A DNA stretch of 28,560 nucleotides from Cirrosporium novae-zelandiae (lineage: Eukaryota), in assembly GCA_026023565.1 (NCBI GenBank), contig JAPETS010000035.1, positions 310,001 to 338,560 on the forward strand, given 5' to 3'. A program made the position numbers and the translations under genes. Each line of letters opens with the position of its first letter. Within the stretch, counting starts at the first letter, position 1. The notes beneath the pieces are model-generated. The model was not told where the DNA came from. It saw only the letters and a program-made list of their open reading frames with translations, and did not search any database. Below are positions 1 to 10,184 of the stretch, piece by piece.

Positions 1-450
1 CTGACGGAAGCTTGGGAGATATGCTTTACTTCCATAGCTACAAGGCATCCCCGCTACAATTATATGTAGACATTGTGCAAGACATCAAGAAGATCAACGA
101 CATGTCTGTCAAGGCCAAACATGCCGGAATGATCATTCTAGGTGGCGGCGTGATCAAGCATCATATTGCAAACGCCTGCCTCATGCGCAACGGTGCAGAC
201 CATGCTGTATACGTCAATACGGCCAACGAATTTGACGGTAGTGATGCAGGTGCCAGACCAGATGAAGCAGTCAGCTGGGGCAAAATCACTATTGATGGAG
301 AAAGCGTTAAAGTTAGTTTATCTCCCTATCAAAAAAATATTGCCTAAATCCCTTAACCTAACCCACTCACACACAATATAGGTCTACGGAGAAGCGACTG
401 TAATCTTCCCAATGCTAGTCGCGGCCACATTTGCCAAAATAGACAAATAG
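1..450 (+). CDS. DYS1: Deoxyhypusine synthase, 3' part (5'-truncated by window). Exons <1-311, 382-450
   Basis: DGSLGDM...[20 protein letters not shown]...[19 protein letters not shown] motifs; GTTAGT...TAG intron 312-381 with CTAAC branch; last exon [22 protein letters not shown]. Confidence 0.97.
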
Positions 451-596
451 CCGTCCTGGTAACCAGCATTACCACAAGAGCACTCTATCTTCAACATCAC
501 CAGCAAGATAAAGCGCGAAGAATCTGCTCCATTCAAGACCTCAACTCAACAACAACAACGAGATCCCATAGCGCCCACACCTTAACCTTTTACCTT

Positions 597-2345
597 GCTT
601 ACCTATGGCATAAGGATCCCTCTCTCAATTTGAGGCAGAAAAATCAATAACAGCAGCTATTCATCCATCCATCCATTCAATCCTCCCCATATCCTCCTTA
701 TTTACTCGATAGCTACTATTTTTGATTCTTAACGAACAGGTTTGGATATGATATTAAATCAGGTTGACTTCACTCTCGATATACAAAAAAGGGGGTAACG
801 AGAAAATGAAAAATGATATGTAGAGAAGAGAAAGATAGAATGAAAGAGGGAGAGGGATAGATAGAAAGATTTATAAACACCCAAGCCGGGTAAATGGAAA
901 AGGAGACAAAAACGAAGGGGTTGAGGATAACATACACACATATACACACAAACAAGCAAAAACCAAACTAAAAAAAATCAAGACATAGTCTATATGAAGC
1001 AAGAAGCGTGCACAAGCAAAAAAAAAAATGAATACAGAATCTATTTGCTCTCAACAGCCAACAATGCTAGCCAGTCGGTCCAGGTGATGATTAAAAAACT
1101 AACTAGAACCAACTGGACACTTGCATCACGTAGATATATAAGTATAGATATAGTTTTACTTTCTTCCCTCCTTCCTTAGAAGCTCGAGAGAGACAGAAAG
1201 AAGAGACTTGTATATATAAGCTCTCAAGCCATATGAAAAAAAAAAAAGGGAAGCTAGATATAGATATATAGCCAGCAGGCAGGTAGGCCTTATCACCACC
1301 ACCACCCCTCCCTCCTCCCCATATCCTCTCAAACACCAAAAGAACAGAAGAACAAATAATCCACAGAAAAACCAAAAACCAAAAACCAAAATTATATACA
1401 AAACAAACAACACAATTCAAAACAACACCCTCAACCATCCAGCCAGCCAGTTAGCTAAAAAAAAACTCTCATATAGATAGATGGATGGATAAATAGATAC
1501 ATACATACATATATCCCTGCAGTTCGGTCGGTTTCCATGGCTCCTCCTATTCTTGCTCCCTTCCATCTTCGTTTTCGTTTTTCGTTTCTTTCGTTTCCCC
1601 CTTCTCCGCTCCGCCTTTTTCGGGGGGGGTAGGTCGGGGAAGTCAGGTCATTTATTTTATTTTCATTTGGGATTAGATTGGAGGAGAAGAATCTAGCAGA
1701 AGCGAGGACTAGGAGGGAGGCCTCAGTTTAGCTAAGGCTAAGGCTAGAATTGATGGTGGGGATATATTACTTGCTGGATAAGAATTGCAATGGTGGTGGG
1801 GATATTCAAGATATTCAAGATATTCAAGGTAGGTGAATGGATGGGTAGGAAGGAGAGTGAGTGTTGCTTTCTTATTTCTTAATGCGGTTGGTCTCCCCAT
1901 GATGATAGTGGTGGTGGTGGTTGTGGTTTCTATCAAGTTAAGGGGAGAGTGGGAGAGGGATAGAGGAAGTGGTAGTGATAGAACGAGGGCGGGAAAAATG
2001 GTTGTTTGTTGTTGTTGCTATTATAATAATAAATAGAAGAGGAGGTCATCGTTGTCATCATCGTCGGGTGAGAAGTTTTTTTGTTTGTTTGAGTGTGTAT
2101 GTATGTATATATATGTATGTATTGGTGTGCACCTTTTTGGGGTAGTTAGTTACTGGTAGCTTCTCTAGTAGCTTCACATTTTTGCTGTCTTCTTCGTAAG
2201 CCCAGTCTCAATCCTATGATATCCCACAAGCCGTTCATAATTCAAATATAGCACATTAGATCTAGGTTTAACCAGATCAATCAGACTATGATTGCCGACT
2301 AGGCTAGAGAGACCTTTGCGAACAGAGCGGACAGCGGACAGCGGC
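597..2345 (-). ncRNA. Candidate telomerase RNA (ends approximate)
   Basis: No credible ORF; long-range helix 2295-2307/1067-1078; hairpin 2278-2294 next to template-like segment 2256-2277; pseudoknot 1148-1253 with U11 and A-rich loops; G-U-containing stem 641-660/709-728 favouring the minus strand. Confidence 0.65.
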
Positions 2346-2635
2346 AGCGAGTTAGATCGTGGTTTGCTTTGCTAGGGATGGGGGTTTTGGCGTAGCGGAT
2401 GTGGTTTGTCGTCGTATGGCTAAGGTTAGGTTGATGAAGAGTTCAAGATTTTTGTTGTTTTTGTGGACTGAGAAAGAAAATGCTAGGTTAGGTTAGGTCA
2501 GGGTGTGGGTGATCGATCTTGGGAGGTTTGAGGTAGTTTTGTTCGTTCATGGGTGCGTGTAGGTATCCCTAGTTGGATTTTCAGCTTGACTCCATGTGCA
2601 TAGTTGTGGCTTCTATAAGAAACGCCATCACTTAC

Positions 2636-3020
2636 CAATATTTGACCCAGATTCCATCATCTTCGAAGGGTACTATCAAGCTTGGTCTTATCTGGTGTAT
2701 GCTAAACACTGAAAAAGTTCCTGGTCGCTACAATTTATAGTTAGTTTACTATCAACGCCCCCCCCCCGACTAAGAATATATGACTACCCGTCATTTAATA
2801 TTCCGGCTATAGCAGAAGTCAACTACAACCTCATTAGTGTTGATTCTATTTAACGAGGGAGGATAGAGATAATAGATGGCTTAAATACACGGAAGAGATT
2901 AATTATACGTACTTGCGGCACATCTAACAGGCTAAAATTGGTCGACTAGCCGCTGCTTGAGACGTACAATCGGTGGAAGACTGGGACTGCCTATCTAGTT
3001 GTTCTTCCGTTACGGGGGCG
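2636..3020 (-). pseudogene. Possible degenerate N-terminal remnant of a Zn2Cys6 transcription factor
   Basis: Minus strand reads RPILAC*MCR (AC*MCR at 2932-2913) then a GTACGT donor, and DFCYSRNIK* (2820-2791; C-x6-[C]); a further splice-bounded exon-like segment at 2728-2636. Confidence 0.35.
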
Positions 3021-3724
3021 ACCTAGATCCGTAGCTGCATATGAAGGGAGGAAACATACAAGTAATGTACTTGTAGGGCTTGTACCCACCGCTAAACCAT
3101 CCGTATAGATTATGGGAAAACCCCCACCTCTTTTGACTATATGGGCATTTAGCTAGGGTCCAGGACATTGTACCTAAATGCCCAAATTTGAGTTAAGTAC
3201 AAATAAATTGTTTTCAAAATAAGTCGAATAAAACCATCTCATTCTGGCAACATCTCCCTGTGTGTTGTAGTATTTTAGCTCTCATTCGCCAATCCCTGAC
3301 GGATATCGCAGCCCGGAACTACCAATAGCGAGATGACTAAAGTAAGATAGATGTTTTTCCATTATTAGCAATACCTTAGCAATTCATGGGGTAATGTTGA
3401 ACTATGCGGGGTAAATTTTTGGACGGGGATGTCAAAAAGCTCTAGGCCGAGGATCGTTCGAGCTACCCTGCATCTAAAAACGACCGTTACGTCGTTTAGA
3501 TCCAACAATTGGGATTAAACAAATAAGAAAAGAATCAGAAAGCCCCTCTTCAAGGTGTTCGGTTTCCAGCTTTGCCGATTGTAAGCCACTATGTCATTGC
3601 CGAGATAGAGACACAAGAACAAACTAGGATTGTGTGGGTCATCGAAAATAGAATAAAAGGAAGCTTCAACCCGGCGAGCATATATATACTATCCTAATTT
3701 GTTCTTTACTCATACCTAATAATC

Positions 3725-5029
3725 ATGTCAGCAGCTTTAGCGGTCGAGAAGATTAACCTAGTGCGTATTGCGCACGTTTATTACAAGCATAAGGATACCA
3801 GAAAGGTGCAGGAATTCTTGTGTGACTTTGGCTTCCTCGAAGTTAAGCGCGTAAACGATAAAGTCTACTACAGAGGATATAGCTCTGAGCCATTTATCTA
3901 TTGCTTAGAGCAATCTGACAAAGATGAGTTCGGCGGTGCAGCTTTCGTTGTCGAGTCTGAGCAAGACCTGGAGCGAGCAACACAGACCTTACCAGGAGCG
4001 ACAGAAATATACACATTGGATGATGCCCCCGGTGGTGGACGCTGTATGACATTTCGAGATCCTGTAGATAACTGCCCTTTCCATCTGGTCTATGGTCAGC
4101 ATCCCGCACCGGACCAGAAGACCTTTCCCGAACCTAAATTCAATTATGTATGTTCGAAGCTCTTTCCATACTCTTTGAGTGGTCAGAAGTTCTCAACTGA
4201 TGCGGATGGGTTTCCTATAGCCAACAGACAAGCAACGACCTGCAAATCAGAGCCAACGGTTCAAGAAAGGTAGGACTGCCTATTTCATGTTTTCCTTATT
4301 GGCATGATGGTCTTTATCTCATTGAAATGAATATAGGCCCAGCCCTAGTTCATAGACTTGGCCATTTCGGTCTCTGCGTGACTGATTTTCCAAAGATGTA
4401 CGAATTCTATACCACCCATTTCAATTTCATCCCAAGTGAGGTGAGAGAATTCTTCCTATTGTTTTTTTATAATATCTAGGAAGCAACGTCCTAACATAAT
4501 GTTTTTCTTAGCTTGTCCATGACGAGTCGGGCACTGATATAACGACGTTCCTACGCCTTGACCGTGGGACAGAGCTCGTGGACCATCACTGCTTCTTCTT
4601 CTTCCCAGGACCTAAATTCCATGTTCATCATTCCTCGTTTGAGACTCACGACTTTGATACCCAAGTCCTTGGTCATGACTGGCTGCGACATCAGGGGTAT
4701 GAAAATTGCTGGGGTGTAGGCAGACATATCATGGGGAGTCAGATATTTGACTACTGGTTAGTGTTCTTTCTAAATCACATCGTTTAGCCATGAAGACACC
4801 TAACCACAGTTTTCTCACAGGTTCGACCCTTCGCGATTTATTTTAGAGCATTATGTGGATGGCGACCTGGTCGACAGCTCACAGCCTGTAAATCGGCAGC
4901 CAGCATCTCCTGATAATCTTCATGTCTGGGGTAAGTCTCCACAGATTCGTCATTTTGTGAATTTCCTCCTTTAGCTTACGTCTGGTACCTTTAATAGGAC
5001 CCGACCTCCCTCCCACCTTCTTGCAATGA
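3725..5029 (+). CDS. VOC/glyoxalase-superfamily extradiol-type ring-cleavage dioxygenase (trihydroxytoluene oxygenase-like). Exons 3725-4147, 4221-4269, 4337-4440, 4512-4756, 4821-4930, 4998-5029
   Basis: Five GT-AG introns join into one frame; motifs RIAHVYY, HRLGHFG, VDHH, HVHHSSFE, WGVGRHIMGSQIFDYWFDP, LEHYVDGD; ends WGPDLPPTFLQ*. Confidence 0.9.
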
Positions 5030-5248
5030 TGGGGGTTGGGAAGGAAGCTGAACAACGGTGTTTTCGGCATTGAAATGCTATGGATGATGATAATTTAGGA
5101 TGTCATGATAACGAGGCTCTGTGGAATGAGATGTCGTTTGCTACTAGTTCTAGCCATCTTTAGTGAAATTGCAACTGAAGAAAATTGTAAGGTTCTTAAG
5201 TTCCAAGTTGCCGTAATCAGAGACAATACAGTACCAAGAGCGTATAAT

Positions 5249-5602
5249 TAATTAGCTCACCCGACCATTCGCTTAGCTCGGCTGACCACTCGGTGTTTTT
5301 CAAAGGCACCTCCGACCTTAATAAATTGCCAAATGACATTTTACACTCCACAATTTAAAATACAACAATTACCATACAGCGTAACCTACTTATAATTATT
5401 TAAACTAATTACGATTAAGAATCTGGGGTTTGTTTTATATTAGTTGTCAGGGTCTAGGATAATTGGTTTTTGATGCAGGTCAACTTTTTAATCGTAATTT
5501 AACACTTGGTATATTACGTTATAATTGATTAAGAATTACCATTGAAACAAACCGAGTGGTCAGCCGAGCTAAGCGAATGGTAGGCCGACATCCATCTAAT
5601 TA
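5249..5602. mobile_element. MITE-like non-autonomous element with 31-bp perfect inverted repeats
   Basis: ACCATTCGCTTAGCTCGGCTGACCACTCGGT at 5264-5294 is the exact reverse complement of 5551-5581; AT-rich non-coding interior; TAATTA at 5249-5254 and 5597-5602. Confidence 0.8.
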
Positions 5603-6622
5603 CCCGAGGACACGAAATTCCAAGTCTCCTACTGTACGCACACCGAAGAACTGAGGGGCGGCTTTCCAGTCATTATTAGGCTAGGTTGGTAATTATGTAT
5701 ATGTACATGTACTACGTACGTATTCCAACCAAAAGGAGTGTGGATAGGTAACATTTATCAAATTTAATTAATTAATTAATCCCCCATGCTGCTTTTTTTT
5801 TATACAGAGGAGAATTTATTGTTTCTAATGCTTCTTTTGGTTGAAAGTTATTGTGTTTAATTCTGGGAATTGGAATGTTCCTCGGCAGCTTGCCTGTGGA
5901 CGGTTATCACTGACTGGTGGTGGATACTACTTTAGGATCTAAATACTCATTTCTTATGGCTATCATATACTGTCACCGGCAAAGAATATATGTGCTTAAA
6001 GCAGGTGTGGATCTAGGGACACTATCGGCGTTTTGAGACGATAACAACGGATTTGGGCAGATTTGAAAAACGTTTTATCAAAAACCCTTCAATAATGTCA
6101 AAAAATACTTTGTTTGTTGCTCGGGCTTTTGCTCGTCGATTCGTAAGTAAGGTCGGTATCATATCAAGAAAACGTTCCTCATTGGTGATGGGGTGGATAT
6201 ATCCTAGGAGGTATATGACATGGACATATAACCCTGCCCTCACCGTGCTCACTATTTCTGTCTGTTCACAGGCGGAAGCCATCTGATTTATATCTTAATG
6301 ATTAAGCAACTTATCCAAAGGATCAATATTCCTATAGACACTGGACATTCGAACAAACCCACTGTCGAGAAGTGCAGTCGCGGTGCACTAGAAGGTCACG
6401 ACCCGGGATTCCATCGAGGAGATGATATATACAATACCTTCTGTTGTGGTTGGCGAGTATGGTAAGTTGTAACTAACTATATATTGAGGTATTTGGAATT
6501 TCCAGATTTTACTTTTATTGATTATAAGGGGCTAGATAGCTTGCATGTTTTCCCCCTTAATCACTAACTCAAGTTCTCTTTATGGATTTAAGAAACCTAA
6601 TCAAGTGAACTAACCCCCCTCC

Positions 6623-7911
6623 TCATTCATAATAAACCTGATTAACCAACGTCCCTAAAAAAGAAAAATTATCGTCAGTAATTTAAAACTCAAATACCCC
6701 CTCCCGACCAAGCTCATAAAAAACAACGTACCAATCCCTTGAATCTCAACTCTCATATCATCCCCGACTTTCAAAATCACTTTCGGGTCCCGCATCCACC
6801 CGACTCCGGGTCCCGTGCCCGTCATAATTACCGTTCCTTTTTCCAATGTTGTGCCTTGGGAGAGGAAGGAAATTACTTGTGGGATACGAAAGATCATTTC
6901 GCTGTTTTCGGGGAAAGGGGGAAGGAGAGGTTAGTTTAGTGTGTGGAGATTGTGGGGATAAAGGACGATGTGAGTGGTTTGAGGGGACTTACGAGGTGTT
7001 CGAATCTTGGACTGTGGTTCCGTTGTGGATTGCTTTGATTCCGAGCTCGTGGACGTTGGGCAGTGCGGCGGGTGATACCAGCATAGGGCCAATTGGAGCG
7101 GAGGCATCGAAGCCTATGTGTGGTAGGTAGATTGCGTAAGAAAAAGTGAAAAGGATGTGACTACGAATGGAACGGAGGAGAAGCAAGGGGCTGGCACTGA
7201 ATAATGAACGAGTATACACAACTAACCTTTCGAATAAGACCATTGGCTGTTCTTAAACTGCTGGACCCGGCAACTAACATCATTCCCACAGGTATACCCT
7301 AGCACATACTCCATTGCCTCATCCTCCCTGATATCTTTACCCGTCTTGGAGATCACAAAAGTCAATTCGGCCTCGTAATCACTGGATCCATCCTGCGCGA
7401 TTTTGGGGACCACGATCTTGGAAGGGTGAGGTCCGTTGAGCGCGTGGCGGGGCTTTACGAAGAGCACCGGGACGTCAGGGATGGGCATTTTGGCTTCTTT
7501 GGCATGGTCGTGGTAGTTTAGGCCTAGGCAACGGATTATGGGGACTTCGTCATAAGAGAGAGGACAGAGGAGCTGTTTTGGGGATTGTGGGGTTAGAGCT
7601 TGGGGTTCTAATTGTTTATATGGGGGCGGTTGTTGATTGATTGATTGATTGATTGATTGAACGAGAGAAAATAGAAGGAAATGGTTAGATAATTAATTCA
7701 ACGATTAATGGTGTACCTGTTTGACTTGTAAAATCTTGTCTGTGAAGACGCCGTCAAATGCAGTGCCCTTGATTTCCTTTGCTGTGACTTTCTGGCCTTC
7801 CAGCATTGCCAGCCCGACGTCTGGATATACGGTTGGGTCAATTTCGCCCAAATGGATTAATCCATCTTCCTCTGCGATAAAACGAATGAGGTGAGTCCAC
7901 TTTGGTGACAT
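6623..7911 (-). CDS. Fumarylacetoacetate hydrolase (FAH/FAHD) family protein. Exons 7911-7717, 7572-7227, 7113-6993, 6901-6732, 6654-6623
   Basis: WTHLIRFIAEEDG, CLGLNYHDHAKE, DYEAEL, GYTCGNDVSCR, WSYSKGFDASAPIGP, GTVIMTGTGPGVG, ends GTLVNQVYYE*; four GT-AG introns in frame. Confidence 0.93.
7632..7660. repeat. (TTGA)n microsatellite in FAH intron 1
   Basis: Run of about seven TTGA units. Confidence 0.85.
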
Positions 7912-8216
7912 GGTTGACAATTGCAGTAGTATTTATAATTGTTTTTGATATTTTTGTTGCTTGAAGCTTGAAAAAACAGATTGAGGGGTTAGATGAAGGT
8001 ATTTGAAATATCGGCAATCTGCTAATTATTATCTTGCCAAAGGGATGGTTCTACAACATGGAGAAGTCGTCATCTAGCATGTCTATCGGTGACTTATGTC
8101 GGGGCTTGGAGTCTGAGAGGCAGGGTTGATACGGAGTGCTTTACTGAGGGCGGATTGGATCATTGATGGTCCCGCTAGGCGAACGAGATCTATGTTACCT
8201 GTCGTTGGTAAGTTGA

Positions 8217-8232
8217 GCGGAACCCTTTCCGC
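8217..8232. promoter_or_regulatory. Inverted CGG-N8-CCG element, possible Zn2Cys6 binding site upstream of the FAH gene
   Basis: GCGGAA-CCCT-TTCCGC, a 6-bp inverted repeat ~300 bp upstream of the ATG at 7911. Confidence 0.25.
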
Positions 8233-9263
8233 ACAACTTTGTAGCATCCTTATAATTATACTACTAAGGGGAGGTTACGATCCTTATAAACCTTAGATTG
8301 GTAATACTCCATTACACAATATTTGAATCCGGGGTCAACAATACCTTAAGTAGATATTGGAAATATGAGGTATTGATTGTGCACCTGCATCTAGAATAAC
8401 AAAGGGTACTCCGAGTATCCGACGAGGCTTTGAGAGCCAAAGACATGGATTAGAAAACTATATCCCTGTTGGCATTATCGCCTACCTGTCACGCCTGCAT
8501 GTCTTGGTATGCATTGACAAAAGTGATATGGTACGTAGATGCAAAAGCATGATCAAGGCAGTAGCATGCTAGCGAGATGATCAGTAGCCCGATATTCCAA
8601 TGTCATCCCAAGACTGATACTTAAGCTCCCTCGAATTATAGGATTCTAACGATACTCAATTGCATAGAGGGCCTCAAGCATTTAGGCCACTTTTAACAAG
8701 AACTTGGCCATTCTCGTCGGGATTTAAGCTGTAACTGGTGCCCACGCTTCTAGAGTAAAGGGAAAAAGTATGGAACGTACCTCACTGGTAGGAGCCAAGG
8801 CTGGGCTTGGGCTTAGTTATCACTACCATCATGTTATAGCAATCAACAATAGCATGTTAAACAAAGAAATGCACATACATGTAAATAAAAGAAGTAAACA
8901 AAATTGGATGTTTAGGAAAAAAGGATGCATGGATACATAGGTTGGGAGTAAGTTTCGTTCATGCAGTAGAACTTCGCATGAATCCTATAATTCGTGATCA
9001 ATCTAGCGAAAAAGAAATATCTTTCAGTATACTTAAACAACGAGTAGAACATAAGTATGTTACCTCGGCCTTTCCTTTTTCATTTCTATATATGCTAAGA
9101 TTCACGAGTTAGTTAGGTATTTACATTTACCTTTTAAAATGGTAGCTCTCAAAAAATACAGAAAAAAAAACTGTTTAGGATAATAGCGGGTTTTATACCT
9201 TTATTTATACCTAGCTCCGTTTTTCTATTAACCTCCCCCCTAACTAATAATTCCTCCTCTCAG

Positions 9264-10173
9264 ACCTATTAGAGGGAAAATTCACTATTGTGACAGGTTC
9301 CTCGCCGGGTATTGGCCATGAAATAGCCCTAGAACTCGCCCAAGAAGGCGCCACAGTCATCTACTATAATTTAAATGCTCAAGCAAACAAAATAAACTAT
9401 AAGGCGGGTCTTGGCAAAGTTACTGCTTAGCTGATCGTTGCAAATGGAGGGGTATATTTCTAAAAGTTGATAATTCGGATTTGAGACAGGTCGAGAAGGT
9501 ATTTTCAAGGATGTTGAGGTGAGTGAGCATTTGAACTTTGAATCTGTCGAAGGGACAAGGTCGAGGATAGTGCGAGGATTGATTAGTGTAGTATTTTCTT
9601 TTGTGCTGTGTCAACGGTGAGGTTTGAAGTCTTGTTTTAGAAATTCAGACGTCTCTATATCCTCATTAATTATACCAAGTATTAGTCACCCTTAGGGAGG
9701 CTTATGGAAGAAGGTGAGCTCTAGTTCAAGCTAATGGTTATTAACACCACAGGCACGGTAAAGTCTTCCACACTTGCAATCAAGCAATTTCTGAAGGAAG
9801 AGATCGACATCACCTGAAGGAATCGAGATCGAATCGTCTATATCCTTTCCTGTGTCGCATGTATCGTATTTACTATCGAGATTGCGTATTCGGTAACAAA
9901 GGTGTCTGTTAATCATACGACATGTGCTGAAGCTATTGATCATGCCTAAGACGCCATTAATATTAACTGCATGGCTCCAGGCGTGGTAGCTATAGATAAT
10001 CTAGACAACAACTGATCTAGCTTAATGAAGAACGCGATGCCTTGGCCGCGATTAGAGAAGACAGAGGATATCGCCGGTACGGCAATGTTCTTTTGTTCAT
10101 CTCAGTCACGGTGAATAACTAGCCAGGTACTTCTAGAGGAGGAATGACGTTAGGTATCCCGATCAATGATTAG
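9264..10173 (+). pseudogene. Classical short-chain dehydrogenase/reductase pseudogene 1
   Basis: LLEGKFTIVTGSSPGIGHEIALELAQEGA (TGxxxGIG), AYSVTK (YxxxK), ININCMAPGVV, PWPRL...EDIA, GGMTLG; many stops and frameshifts; intron remnant ~9519-9640. Confidence 0.9.
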
Positions 10174-10184
10174 TTGGGTGATAT

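Noticed and set aside
759..2036. Several 60-110 aa ORFs on both strands
   Set aside because: They are translations of microsatellites and homopolymers with no family motifs; better explained as non-coding RNA or spacer
2255..2285. TTGATCTGGTTAA on the minus strand resembling part of a TPP riboswitch
   Set aside because: No CTGAGA motif upstream, no matching 3' strand and no thiamine-related gene nearby
2160..2320. RNase MRP/P-like fragments (GGGCTTAC on minus, TCAGACTA on plus)
   Set aside because: The complementary P4 5' motif (GAAAGUCYCC-type) is absent
2420..2500. TTAGG-like repeats as interstitial telomere or alternative template
   Set aside because: Short and imperfect, outside the proposed core helix; similar TAGG-type microsatellites occur elsewhere in the window
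8280..8800. Possible further pseudogene (e.g. FAD monooxygenase or transporter expected in such clusters)
   Set aside because: Manual translation gave no recognisable motif; needs a frameshift-tolerant search
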